Numbered from the stretch's first letter, positions 9,430 to 20,891 are shown. The stretch is 64,000 nt of DNA from a bacterium (GCA_021787535.1 JAJYLR010000001.1:147648-211647), one strand, 5' to 3'. The notes: a model not told the origin generated them from the letters alone. A program made the numbers and translations.

Positions 9430-9696
9430 TTGTCAGCTGGACTTCAGGATAAAAGAGATGATCAAGATGAAAGAAGTACAAAGCTAGTTGAGTATATCAA
9501 ACTAGTGAAAGGAGCAGTTTGGGAGACCAGGGGCGACAGATACGCAGAAAAAAACTCGGAGTCGGCCAAAAAAGCGAAGAAAATTGCGCTTGATCTCATG
9601 ATAGGCCTTGAGGAGACAGAGCGAAAAGCTTTAACCCAAGAGTTAAACAGCGTCTGGGAGGCCGCTATACATGCATATAAAGCACGTAAAAACTAA
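9430..9696 (+). CDS. Hypothetical protein
   Basis: TTGACG-17-TAGACT promoter (9361-9389), GGAGGAGG RBS, TTG start, downstream hairpin plus T-run. Confidence 0.6.
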   Translation: MSAGLQDKRDDQDERSTKLVEYIKLVKGAVWETRGDRYAEKNSESAKKAKKIALDLMIGLEETERKALTQELNSVWEAAIHAYKARKN

Positions 9697-9846
9697 AGCC
9701 GAGGGGTAGGCGTCTTTTAAAGAAATCAATTGATTTGTTTTACAAAGGCGCCTTTTACTTTGGCTAGGGGTTGAAAAATTATTATTTTCCAGTATAATCA
9801 CCATAAGTGTAACTTGTTTTATTGTGCCTCAACCGAGAGAGGGAAC

Positions 9847-10194
9847 GTGACAGATTTTCAAGGAATTGACGTAATTGTCGATGAGTTCATATGGTCGCAT
9901 GGAAGCTTGCTACCGTTTGCCAGCAAGTTAAATGACCTGGGGAAAAAGTGGTCTAAGCTCATAGCTGTTATCGAACGGCAACCTTCTAGCAGCACTGAAC
10001 CAATACTAACACCAGATGACTTGGTAGATCTTCTGTTAGATGTTTCTGCGCTTTTGCTGGAGATTGGCGAAAGAGTCAGTGTATCTGAGCCAGAGGAAAG
10101 AGAAAAAAGAGAGCTGCTGAGCATACTGAAGATTCTATTCATGGCTGGTTTGAATAGGCAAAGGAGGAATGTAGAGGATACTTCGAGTCTTTGA
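9847..10194 (+). CDS. Hypothetical protein
   Basis: TTGAAA-16-TATAAT promoter (9771-9798); GTG start after GAGGG. Confidence 0.55.
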   Translation: MTDFQGIDVIVDEFIWSHGSLLPFASKLNDLGKKWSKLIAVIERQPSSSTEPILTPDDLVDLLLDVSALLLEIGERVSVSEPEEREKRELLSILKILFMAGLNRQRRNVEDTSSL

Positions 10195-10210
10195 CCAGTG
10201 GGGAGGTCTT

Positions 10211-10540
10211 GTGGAAAAAGTGTACGGATCGGCAGATTTTTCGGAGCTTGAATTCTACGAAGATGAGCTAGATATCCTGCCTCGAACGAAGATCATCTTT
10301 GCAGGTTCCTATCACCCTCGAATGAATTCATTAATTCGCGCATTGATCGCGAGACATAGGTTAAGCCGGCAAGAGCTTGCAAACTCAATGATGCTCTATG
10401 CTCTTGTGACAGACGGGCAAGGGACAAAGGTTTACGGACTAGGCAGTGAGTTCGATATCCCCGGCTTTTATCGCTTCCTTCAGGGGTTTAGCGGTCCTGT
10501 GAAGATGGTTCTGGCAATCGGTTCAAAAAGTTATGACTAG
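10211..10540 (+). CDS. Hypothetical protein
   Basis: GGGAGG RBS, GTG start, followed by a terminator hairpin at about 10556-10582. Confidence 0.6.
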   Translation: MEKVYGSADFSELEFYEDELDILPRTKIIFAGSYHPRMNSLIRALIARHRLSRQELANSMMLYALVTDGQGTKVYGLGSEFDIPGFYRFLQGFSGPVKMVLAIGSKSYD

Positions 10541-10648
10541 GGGGTTTCAAAAGAGGGGGCGGTGCAGTTATGGCCGCCCTTTTAGAATCCCTTTATTTAT
10601 AGTAGTATTTTAGTTGGTAAGTTTTTTAGTTTTTAAGTTGCTAAGATT

Positions 10649-12613
10649 ATGAATTCAAATAAACTAAGGCAAAAATTTCTGAAATTTTTTGAGGAGAAGG
10701 GGCACAAGGTTATCTCTTCAGCTTCGCTCGTGCCTGAAAACGACCCCTCGGTGCTTTTTACAACCGCCGGCATGCATCCGCTCGTGCCATATCTCATGGG
10801 TGAGAAACATCCGCTTGGGAAGAGATTAGTTGACATTCAGAAGTGTATTCGCACCGGTGACATCGACGAGGTTGGCGATATTCAGCACATGACATTCTTT
10901 GAGATGCTTGGCTACTGGTCGCTTGGCGATTACTTTAAAAAAGAATCCATTCACTACACCTATGATTTTTATACAAAAGTTCTGGGCATTGACGGCGATA
11001 AAATCTCTGTGACGGTGTTTAAAGGAGATAATGACGCACCGTTTGACCAAGAGTCGTATGACACTTGGAAAGCAATTGGTATTCCTGAAGATAGAATATA
11101 TAAATATCCTAAAAAAGAAAACTGGTGGGGGCCGGTCACAGATACGGGACCGTGCGGACCTTGCACTGAAATGTTTATCGATACCGGACTAGAATCCTGT
11201 GGGCCGGACTGCGGACCTTCGTGCAACTGCGATAAATTCGTCGAAATAGGCAACAACGTTTTCATGGAATATTTCAAAAACCACGAAGGGAAGTTCGAGA
11301 AGCTGGAGCAGAAAAATGTCGATGTCGGACTTGGCTTTGAACGGCTGGTAATGATTGTGAATGAGCTCGATACCGTATTTGAGACGGATCTTTTCACCGG
11401 TATTATCGGGAAAATTAAAGAGCTGGCTTCTCCTTCTGTCATTCCCGCGCAGGCGGGAATCCAGACGGAATCTAAGGAAAATTCCATCCGTGTAATCGCC
11501 GACCATATGCGGGCGGCAACGATGGCGATAGCGGATGAGGTAGAGCCGTCTAATCTGGATAGGGGTTATGTGGTTCGCAGGTTGATCCGTCGCTCTATCC
11601 GTCACGGAAGACTTATCGGAATTGAGGGCAAATTTACGGCAGAAATAGCCAAAGAAGTAGTGAAGTCACTAGGCGATGTCTATCCTGAACTTAAAGATAA
11701 TGAAGAATTTATTTACTCGGAACTTGATAAGGAAGAGGAGAAGTTTAATGACCTAATCATTAAAATAAAACCTAAGGAGAATAAAAGAGTAGAAATAAGA
11801 AAAAGGCTAGAAAAAGAAATCATAGATGCTGATAAAAAATGGATACTCGATGATACAAAAGTTGCTGGTATCAAATTTGATGACTTGAACGAGGAATATC
11901 AGAAGAGCCCAAGAAAATTCGTTACAACTGTTTCTGGGGCGATGGCCTTTAGGATGGAAACCACACATGGTTGGCCCAGTGATTTGTATTTTGAAGATAT
12001 TGCCGAGAAATTGATTAGTGAAGAACCAAGTAAAAGTATTACTATCGAAAAAAAAATTAGTGAAGAAAAAAAGGCGTATGAAGAGTTTGTAAAAAAGCAC
12101 CAGGAATTATCCAGAAAAGGCGCCGAGAAAAAGTTTAAAGGCGGGCTTGGTGAGGTTTCTGAGAAAACCATTAAATATCACACGGCTACTCATTTATTGC
12201 ACGAGGCGCTCAGACAGGTGCTTGGCAATCACGTCTACCAGAAAGGGTCGAATATTACAGCAGAAAGAATGCGGTTTGACTTTACCCATCCGGACAAAAT
12301 GACCGATGAAGAAAAAAAGAAGGTCGAAGATATTGTAAACGAACAGATTCAGGCCAAGTTACCGGTTATTGAAACCATTACGACCGTGGAAGAGGCGAAA
12401 GGTGAGGGAGCGATCGGACTTTTTGAAGCCAAATACGGAGAAAAAGTGAAAGTTTACTCGATCGGCGGGCCACTCGATTCGCCTGATGCATTTTCCAAGG
12501 AAATCTGTGGCGGCCCGCATGTCAAAAACACCGGCGAACTCGGCCATTTCAGGATTAAAAAAGAGGAATCAAGTTCTAAGGGAGTAAGGCGCATTAAAGC
12601 CGTTTTGGAGTAA
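10649..12613 (+). CDS. alaS: Alanine--tRNA ligase (short form without C-Ala domain)
   Basis: DPSVLFTTAGM, HMTFFEMLG, editing motifs HTATHLL and EICGGPH; ends GVRRIKAVLE. Confidence 0.96.
   Translation: MNSNKLRQKFLKFFEEKGHKVISSASLVPENDPSVLFTTAGMHPLVPYLMGEKHPLGKRLVDIQKCIRTGDIDEVGDIQHMTFFEMLGYWSLGDYFKKESIHYTYDFYTKVLGIDGDKISVTVFKGDNDAPFDQESYDTWKAIGIPEDRIYKYPKKENWWGPVTDTGPCGPCTEMFIDTGLESCGPDCGPSCNCDKFVEIGNNVFMEYFKNHEGKFEKLEQKNVDVGLGFERLVMIVNELDTVFETDLFTGIIGKIKELASPSVIPAQAGIQTESKENSIRVIADHMRAATMAIADEVEPSNLDRGYVVRRLIRRSIRHGRLIGIEGKFTAEIAKEVVKSLGDVYPELKDNEEFIYSELDKEEEKFNDLIIKIKPKENKRVEIRKRLEKEIIDADKKWILDDTKVAGIKFDDLNEEYQKSPRKFVTTVSGAMAFRMETTHGWPSDLYFEDIAEKLISEEPSKSITIEKKISEEKKAYEEFVKKHQELSRKGAEKKFKGGLGEVSEKTIKYHTATHLLHEALRQVLGNHVYQKGSNITAERMRFDFTHPDKMTDEEKKKVEDIVNEQIQAKLPVIETITTVEEAKGEGAIGLFEAKYGEKVKVYSIGGPLDSPDAFSKEICGGPHVKNTGELGHFRIKKEESSSKGVRRIKAVLE
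11437..11463. repeat. REP-like palindrome in frame within alaS
   Basis: TGTCATTCCCGCGCAGGCGGGAATCCA encoding VIPAQAGIQ; 1 mismatch to the intergenic copy at 35503-35529. Confidence 0.9.
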
Positions 12614-12734
12614 ACATTTACCAAGGTATGCCAAGGTACAGTACCTTGGCAAGATTATAAGATAAATTGCAGCTCTCTCTATTCGCTAAATCTTATTGGA
12701 CAATATGGGCTAAAGTCTTTACAATGAAACAGTA

Positions 12735-14003
12735 ATGAAAGAGTTAATTTCGAACGTTTCGAATGCCCTAAAAAGGAGGCCCAAAGACCCCGTTTATGTC
12801 GCTCTTGATGTAGGAACGGAGTTTGTTAAGGCCTTTGTCTTCAAAATCGAAAACGGCAAAGCGGTCATTAGCGGGGTAGGGCGGCAGCGCCAAAGATTAG
12901 GCGATATGCACGGCGGAGCAGTAACGGATATTTCTGGTGTGGTTGAAAACTGCGCCAAAGCGCTCGATAGAGCAGAGGAAATGGCCGGTGTAATCAGCGA
13001 CTTTGCAGTTATCGGTATCGCCGGCGAACTGGTCAAAGGGACAACGACTACCGTTCATTATGAGCGCCTGAAACCGAAAACAAAGATTGATTATAACGAA
13101 CTGAAAAACATTGTGAACAAAGTCCAGTGGAAGGCCTTCGATGCTGCCCGCCAGCAGCTGGCATGGGAAACCGGTCACGAGGAAGTTGATGTGAAATTGG
13201 TCAATGCCTCGATTGTCGATGTTAAAATTGATGGCTACAGAGTGACTAATCCAATGGGCTTTCAAGGCAAAGATGTCAGTATCGGAGTGTTTAACGCCTT
13301 TGCGCCGCTTGTGCATCTGGGCGCACTTCAGACAATTGCATCTGACCTCGATCTTGAACTTCTTTCCATTGCTGCCGAACCATATGCGGTGGCTAAGAGT
13401 GTAGGCAGTGAGGAAGCGGGAGAGTTCAGCGCTATCTTTATCGATATTGGCGGCGGAACTTCTGATGTGGCGGTGGTCCGAAACGGCGGTCTGGAAGGAA
13501 CGAAAATGTTTGCCATTGGTGGCCGGAGCTTTACCAAAAGATTATCGCAAGTTTTAAACTTATCCTTTTCCAAAGCTGAAAACATCAAACTTGCTTATTC
13601 AAAAGGCGAGCTTGAAAAAGAAAGCGAGAAAACAATCAAAGAAGCCCTGGAGGCGGATGCTGACGTTTGGCTTTCCGGTATTGAACTTTCGCTTAGCGAG
13701 TTTTCAAATATTGACCTTCTGCCGTCGAGAATCATGCTTTGCGGCGGCGGCTCGGCGCTGCCTGAGATTAAAAAAGCTTTGGAAAAACCGGGTTGGTACA
13801 AGGATCTGCCCTTTGCCAAAAAACCGCAGGTGAGTTTTATTAAGCCCGAGGAAGTTAATCATTGTGTAGATAAAACCGGCCAGATCAAAAATCAGCAGGA
13901 CATCACTCCGATGGGGTTAGCTAATCTGGCTTTGAATATTGAAGAAGAGGAAGGAGTCTTGCCGGGGATATTGACCAAGGTGGCAAAGGCGATGCAAAAT
14001 TGA
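12735..14003 (+). CDS. FtsA/MreB-like actin-fold ATPase
   Basis: ALDVGTE, IDIGGGTSD, LCGGGS; no ftsZ adjacent. Confidence 0.8.
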   Translation: MKELISNVSNALKRRPKDPVYVALDVGTEFVKAFVFKIENGKAVISGVGRQRQRLGDMHGGAVTDISGVVENCAKALDRAEEMAGVISDFAVIGIAGELVKGTTTTVHYERLKPKTKIDYNELKNIVNKVQWKAFDAARQQLAWETGHEEVDVKLVNASIVDVKIDGYRVTNPMGFQGKDVSIGVFNAFAPLVHLGALQTIASDLDLELLSIAAEPYAVAKSVGSEEAGEFSAIFIDIGGGTSDVAVVRNGGLEGTKMFAIGGRSFTKRLSQVLNLSFSKAENIKLAYSKGELEKESEKTIKEALEADADVWLSGIELSLSEFSNIDLLPSRIMLCGGGSALPEIKKALEKPGWYKDLPFAKKPQVSFIKPEEVNHCVDKTGQIKNQQDITPMGLANLALNIEEEEGVLPGILTKVAKAMQN

Positions 14004-14007
14004 TAAG

Positions 14008-14089
14008 AAATGTCGGAAATGTTAGAGTTGTTGGAGATGTTGGTTGGAGCAAAACAAACAATTCCATCAACTAGAACAATTTAAACAAA
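14008..14089. repeat. 9-nt periodic inverted repeat
   Basis: GAAATGTCG GAAATGTTA GAGTTGTTG GAGATGTTG ... AACAATTCC..AACAATTT. Confidence 0.65.
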
Positions 14090-14093
14090 TCAA

Positions 14094-15728
14094 ATGGATA
14101 ACAAAATATTATATCTGGAAATAGACGAGGAGATAACTTCGGTCATTGATCGGCTAAAAAAGACAGCTGAAACCGAGATTCATTTAGTGGTTCCGAAAGA
14201 AGCGGCGCTGCTACAGAGTATTGTGAATTTAAAACTGCTCAAGAAACAGGCCGACTCTTTAGGCAAAGAGATCCAAATTATCACTCACGACAAAGTCGGC
14301 CGAAATCTGGCCGAGCAAGTCGGCATTCACTCGGTATCTAAAATAGGCGAACCGGTCAAGAAGGCGGCTTCTGTTATGGCAGAACCGGCAAATGAAATTA
14401 AATTTAAAGAACGTGAGCCGGTGGTGCAAGATACGCAGGAAGTAGTTTTCAAAAAAGGGTCGTTGCTTGATAAAGATGAACCTTTGAAAGAACCGGCTAA
14501 AGAAGCAAAACCGGTCAAAAGCGGGAATAAAGAAGTTCAGAAAAAGAAAATGAGCGAGTTACTCCCTAAGTTTCCGCACAAAAAATTTCTTATCATCGCT
14601 TCCGTTGTCGGCTTGGTACTTTTAATTTTTCTCTATATCTTTATTCCAATGGCAAATATTACTTTGAAAATAGCCGCCGAACAGAAGAATATGAAAGCTG
14701 ATTTTACTATTGATAAAAACGCAAGCGGTATCGATAACGGCTCTCAGAAGATACCCGGAGATCTTATTTCAGTTAATAAATCAGAGACTAAAACTTATCA
14801 GGCGACCGGCAAGAAAAATGTCGGCACTCAAGCTTCAGGTACCGTTACCGTGAAAAATACTTATAGTACTGTCTCGCAGACTTTGGTAGCCGGCACTAGA
14901 TTTGAGGCAAACGGGCTAGTCTTTAGAACTCAGTCCGATGTGAGTGTGCCGGGCTACAGCGATTCCGGCGGAGGTAATATCACACCTGGGACGGCTAATG
15001 TCAGCGTTTTAGCTGACAGTCCTGGCGATCAGTATAATATCTCGTCATCGGATTTTCGCATTCCGGCTTTTGCCGGTACGGCCGAATATGACAAGATGAC
15101 CGGGGCAAGCGCCGGCCAAATGTCGGGAGGTACTACAAAAAATGTTAATGTAGTCACGGATTCTGACATCTCAAATGCCAGAAATTCCTTTGCCGGTGAC
15201 GCCAAAAGTGATATTCAAAAAGATGGGCAAGATAAGATGAAATCCGGTGAAACCGTGGATGACAAAGCTCAGAAGATGCAGGTTAGCAGCATTACGGCTT
15301 CAAAAAACGCCGGTGATGAAGCAGATAACTTTACGCTTTCAGCCAATGTATCTTATGAAGCCCTTGCTTACAAAAAAGACGATCTCAACAAGCTTGTGTA
15401 CGATAATTTGAAAAGCCAGACCGGTCCGGGCAAACAAATTCTCGAGGATAAACTTGATAATGTTGATATCACAGTGAATAATGTCAATCTCGAAGAAGGT
15501 ACGGTTTCCGGCCAAGCAGCTGCCTCGGTTCATTTGGGCACTAAAATCGACCAAAATCAGGTCAAAACCGAAATAGCGGGGGAGGGTGAGCGTAAAGCCA
15601 AAGCATATCTTTCCGGCCTTGACGGAGTTGATAGCGTAGATATTAAATATTTTCCGGGCTTTATCAAAAGTATTCCTCGCATCAAAAGCCATATCTATAT
15701 CAAAACGAACTTCGAAGAAAAACAGTAA
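14094..15728 (+). CDS. Bitopic membrane protein with baseplate J-like extracellular region
   Basis: N-terminal YLEIDEEITSVIDRL domain, one TM, then ATGKK..ASGTVTV..N, LVAGTRF, A..PG..YNI, GG pattern. Confidence 0.6.
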   Translation: MDNKILYLEIDEEITSVIDRLKKTAETEIHLVVPKEAALLQSIVNLKLLKKQADSLGKEIQIITHDKVGRNLAEQVGIHSVSKIGEPVKKAASVMAEPANEIKFKEREPVVQDTQEVVFKKGSLLDKDEPLKEPAKEAKPVKSGNKEVQKKKMSELLPKFPHKKFLIIASVVGLVLLIFLYIFIPMANITLKIAAEQKNMKADFTIDKNASGIDNGSQKIPGDLISVNKSETKTYQATGKKNVGTQASGTVTVKNTYSTVSQTLVAGTRFEANGLVFRTQSDVSVPGYSDSGGGNITPGTANVSVLADSPGDQYNISSSDFRIPAFAGTAEYDKMTGASAGQMSGGTTKNVNVVTDSDISNARNSFAGDAKSDIQKDGQDKMKSGETVDDKAQKMQVSSITASKNAGDEADNFTLSANVSYEALAYKKDDLNKLVYDNLKSQTGPGKQILEDKLDNVDITVNNVNLEEGTVSGQAAASVHLGTKIDQNQVKTEIAGEGERKAKAYLSGLDGVDSVDIKYFPGFIKSIPRIKSHIYIKTNFEEKQ

Positions 15729-15743
15729 TCCTTAAAATTTCCA

Positions 15744-16193
15744 ATGACCAATCAATTTTCAAATTTTAAATTTCCAAAAAATATTAAGGCAGTAGCGCTT
15801 GATGTCGGGGAAAAAAGGATCGGAATTGCATACAGTGAAGATGGCATATTTGCGTTTCCTTTGAAAACCGTGCCTGCCGGTAATATTGCAGCGGAGATTT
15901 TGCAAATTGCAGAGGGAGGATCCCTTGAACGCATTATCATCGGGCTTCCCAGGAATATGGACGGATCGCTGGGATTTCAGACTGATAAGGTCAAGTCATT
16001 TGTGAGTGATAATCTGGCAAAATATCTGGATTTAGTGGAATATATCGATGAGACGGCTACAAGCGTTGAAGCGGCAGATCTTATGCGGGTTGAAGGCAAA
16101 GATCCCCGTAAAAATCCAGGGCTAATCGATGCGTATTCGGCTAAAATTATCCTTGAAGATTGGATTAGCAAAGTGAAAGGAAAAAACAAATGA
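15744..16193 (+). CDS. ruvX: RuvX/YqgF nuclease
   Basis: ALDVGEKRIGIA, IIGLP, DETATS, IDAYSAKIIL. Confidence 0.9.
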   Translation: MTNQFSNFKFPKNIKAVALDVGEKRIGIAYSEDGIFAFPLKTVPAGNIAAEILQIAEGGSLERIIIGLPRNMDGSLGFQTDKVKSFVSDNLAKYLDLVEYIDETATSVEAADLMRVEGKDPRKNPGLIDAYSAKIILEDWISKVKGKNK

Positions 16194-17239
16194 ATTTCAG
16201 TGAAGTCCCGGAAGTTAAAGAAAACAAACTGCTTACAAAAAAGCGCATTCTGCTTTTTCTCCTGGGCTTATTTGTTATTTTAGTTTTATTAGCCGGCGTA
16301 TTAGCTGCTCAATATATTCATTCGGCTCTTTACGAACCGGTCTCTTCGAGTAATGAGACTGTAAAATTTACGATCACAAAAGGCGAGGGAACCCGCAATA
16401 TTGCCGAGGAACTAGAGAAGCAACATCTGATCAAGAGTTCTCTTGTATTTATCGGTTATTTGAAGTATTCAAACCGTAAGATAAGCGTTCAAGTCGGGGA
16501 TTATGCGATTCATAGAAATTCTACTATGATTCAAATTATTGACAAATTTGCCAAAGGGGATGTGATAACTACTAAAATAACCATTCCGGAGGGATGGACG
16601 GACCAGCAAATTGAAGACTATCTAGTGAAGAAAGGCATCACAACTCAGGCGGATTTTAAAAGCGCTCTCAAAAAGGATTACGGCTTTGATTTCCTAAAAA
16701 AGAGTCCGGACGGTTCTCTTCAAGGTTTTCTCTATCCTGATACATATATTCTCTCATCCAAACCCACAGCCGAGGAAGCCATTTTTAAAATGCTTGCGGA
16801 ATTCCAAAAAAAAGCTGATCCTGAGATTAGAGCCAAAATGGGCGCAGAGCAGCTGTCTTATTATCAAGTTTTGACTTTGTCATCAATAGTTGAAAGGGAA
16901 GTTCAGACCAAGGCAGATAAAAAGGCGGTGGCAGGAATATTTTTAAACCGCCTAAGTATAGATATGAATCTGGATTCTTGCGCCACAGTGCAATATGTTC
17001 TGGGCACGAACAAAAAAATTCTCTCAGATCAGGATATAGCTGTAGACTCGCCTTATAATACTTACCTCAACAAGGGACTGCCGCCGGGTCCAATAGCCAA
17101 TCCGGGCATGGATTCTATCGAAGCGGTCCTCAACCCGGCAAAAACAGACTACTTCTATTTCTTTACCGGCAAAGACGGCAAAACTTACTTTTCAAAAACA
17201 GCTGAAGAGCATGAGGCAAAAAAGGCCAAATACTTGTAA
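16190..17239 (+). CDS. mltG: Endolytic transglycosylase MltG
   Basis: TIPEG, GFLYPDTY, SIVERE, SPYNTY..GLPPGPIANPG. Confidence 0.94.
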   Translation: MNFSEVPEVKENKLLTKKRILLFLLGLFVILVLLAGVLAAQYIHSALYEPVSSSNETVKFTITKGEGTRNIAEELEKQHLIKSSLVFIGYLKYSNRKISVQVGDYAIHRNSTMIQIIDKFAKGDVITTKITIPEGWTDQQIEDYLVKKGITTQADFKSALKKDYGFDFLKKSPDGSLQGFLYPDTYILSSKPTAEEAIFKMLAEFQKKADPEIRAKMGAEQLSYYQVLTLSSIVEREVQTKADKKAVAGIFLNRLSIDMNLDSCATVQYVLGTNKKILSDQDIAVDSPYNTYLNKGLPPGPIANPGMDSIEAVLNPAKTDYFYFFTGKDGKTYFSKTAEEHEAKKAKYL

Positions 17240-17325
17240 TTGTAAGATGTTCAAATTATTGGAATTGTTATATTCAGATTAAGCTGACAACTCCGTTATA
17301 TTCAACATTTTAAACGATCTATTGA

Positions 17326-17355
17326 TTGACAAAAGACATGTATTTCGGTTATACT
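17326..17355 (+). promoter_or_regulatory. Putative sigma70 promoter
   Basis: TTGACA-18nt-TATACT. Confidence 0.55.
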
Positions 17356-17445
17356 CATGTGCGTATCTTTATGGGCTTGCTTGTTTGATACAAGAAAAAG
17401 AAAGTCTCAAAACTTGAGATAAAGTTTGGACAAATCTTTCAAAAA

Positions 17446-18609
17446 ATGAAAAAGATCAGAACATTTTTATATGGGCGGAAAAATATTTTTTCGCTGGCAA
17501 GATTGCAGAATGAGGGTAATATACTAAGTTGGCTTTATAGAACAGCTGCTTCTTCCTGTAGTATTTTTAGAAGGCCTACCCGCCTTTTTTCTCATTATGC
17601 AGTGCTTTTTATATTTGCTTTAGTACTGATGATGGGTATTTTAGTGAAACCGGCAGACAATAAACGAGGCAAGAACCCTTATCTTTTCAACACGGCCGAT
17701 GAACAGGTCAATGAAATGACCTATAGGCAGTCTGTGGCGACAATCGGCAGTATAGTTGACGACAAAATCGGCCAGCAGGCATATGAACTAGCTCAAAAAA
17801 AGAATACTGCTCCGGTCCTCGCGGTAGCCGGCAATGGATTTGTAGCCCAGCCCACTTTGTCTGAGGCAAGGCAGCCAACCGATAAGCCCAAAAATGATGT
17901 TCAGGAATATATCGTGCAAGATGGTGATACTCTTTCGATTATCGCCAGCAACTATGGTTTAACCACCGATACACTTAGATGGGCGAACGGTATTGATGAT
18001 CCTGATTCTGTCAAACCTGGACAGAAACTTCTCATCCCGCCGGTAAATGGCGTGCTTTATGTCGCTCAAGCTGGGGATACGACTGATTCTATCGCTGGCA
18101 AATTTAGCGCTAGTGCTTCCATGATTGTTGCTCAAAATGATTTGTATGGCGAGGATATAAAAGCTGGAATGCGCATCATGGTCCCTGACGGTATCGGACC
18201 GGAAGTGCCAAAACCGGCTCCGGCACCGGAACCTGAGCCATCGAGTGTACCGCAACCGGTCATGGTTGCATCGGCAACGCCTAAATATTATTCTGGCTCT
18301 TCATATAACAGATTCCCCTACGGCTGGTGTACTTACTACGTTGCCAGCCGCAGAAACGTGCCGTGGAGTGGTAATGCAGGTGACTGGTACTGGAATGCCA
18401 GATCTATGGGTTACTCGGTAGGCAGAGCGCCGGCTGCGGGAGCAATTATGGTGACCGGCGAATCCGGCTGGGGGCATGTGGCGTATGTTGAAGGCGTAAA
18501 CAGCAACGGCAGCTGGACTGTATCGGAAATGAACTATAACGGCTGGGGCGTAGTTGATCATAGAACTATTTCTCCGGGGCAGGTGCCGCTGATAGGATTC
18601 ATTTATTAA
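17446..18609 (+). CDS. LysM x2 plus CHAP peptidoglycan hydrolase
   Basis: YIVQDGDTLS, GWCTYYV, GNAGDW, GHVAYVE, VSEMNY. Confidence 0.92.
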   Translation: MKKIRTFLYGRKNIFSLARLQNEGNILSWLYRTAASSCSIFRRPTRLFSHYAVLFIFALVLMMGILVKPADNKRGKNPYLFNTADEQVNEMTYRQSVATIGSIVDDKIGQQAYELAQKKNTAPVLAVAGNGFVAQPTLSEARQPTDKPKNDVQEYIVQDGDTLSIIASNYGLTTDTLRWANGIDDPDSVKPGQKLLIPPVNGVLYVAQAGDTTDSIAGKFSASASMIVAQNDLYGEDIKAGMRIMVPDGIGPEVPKPAPAPEPEPSSVPQPVMVASATPKYYSGSSYNRFPYGWCTYYVASRRNVPWSGNAGDWYWNARSMGYSVGRAPAAGAIMVTGESGWGHVAYVEGVNSNGSWTVSEMNYNGWGVVDHRTISPGQVPLIGFIY

Positions 18610-18658
18610 GTAATTGTTGTAATTGCTAGCATTGTTCGAGATGATGGATTTGTTATAA

Positions 18659-20014
<1,356 letters not shown>

Positions 20015-20017
20015 CAA

Positions 20018-20737
20018 ATGAAAAAATCGGAAAAATTTGAGGGCATTAATGCCTTGAAAGAGGCAGGTTTGCCGATGGTGCCTTTTACTGTTCTTGAAGA
20101 GAAAATTTTTGAAAAACAAATAAAAGACTTCTTAAAAAAGACTAGGTCAAAAAAATTTATCATTAGGACGGGCAGCACCAAATCAAGTAATTTAATAGGC
20201 ACGCCGGGGTTGGTTGACGCGGAACTTGAAAGGGATAAGGAGAAAATTCAGAAATGGTTTGCTGACGGCTATTTAATCATGGCGATGGCTTATCAAAATA
20301 TTTACAGAAACTCGCATAACTTTAATGTTATGAGATTAGATAAAAAAATTGTTGTGGAAGTTGTTGGCAGGGGTTTTGTATCAAGGGATTTGTGTTTTGA
20401 CGGCCACCTTCACGAGGAAATAGTTTTTGAACCGATAACTTTTGATATTCTCAAAAGAAAAGTTATCAGTCCGGCAAGATATCAAAAATCGAGAGAAAAA
20501 AAGATGAGACAGTTTGGCATAGGGGAGTTAAAGAAAAATAAAAGTTTCTTGTTATCCGATGAAGAATACATTCCTTTAGACGAGCAAAAGATCAAGTTTA
20601 TCAAAGATTCTTATCCTAGATTATCCCGGGCAGCAAAAAAGATGGGTTATAATAACTTTGTTGCAAGTTTTGGATATATGGAGAGGGTCGGGAAAGAACA
20701 TGAACCGATTTTTTGGGATATTTATAGAGTCAGGTAG
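20018..20737 (+). CDS. Hypothetical protein
   Basis: 239-aa ORF 3 nt after obgE; no confident family. Confidence 0.65.
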   Translation: MKKSEKFEGINALKEAGLPMVPFTVLEEKIFEKQIKDFLKKTRSKKFIIRTGSTKSSNLIGTPGLVDAELERDKEKIQKWFADGYLIMAMAYQNIYRNSHNFNVMRLDKKIVVEVVGRGFVSRDLCFDGHLHEEIVFEPITFDILKRKVISPARYQKSREKKMRQFGIGELKKNKSFLLSDEEYIPLDEQKIKFIKDSYPRLSRAAKKMGYNNFVASFGYMERVGKEHEPIFWDIYRVR

Positions 20738-20853
20738 AATAAAAAACAGTTACTTAATCGGAAAATTTAAGTTTACCTTAGAATTATGATAACTAAAATT
20801 GTAAGTTAAATATAGTGGTCTAACCTTATATTTGTTTACAAAAAACAAAAGAG

Positions 20854-20891
20854 AAAGGGCTTTCCGGTTCGACTCGGAAAGCCCTTTTTTT
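20854..20891. terminator. Bidirectional intrinsic terminator
   Basis: AAAGGGCTTTCCG-loop-CGGAAAGCCCTTT between convergent genes. Confidence 0.8.

Noticed and set aside
14094-15728. Prophage or contractile tail locus
   Set aside because: The baseplate-J-like region is in a membrane protein among housekeeping genes, with no other phage genes.
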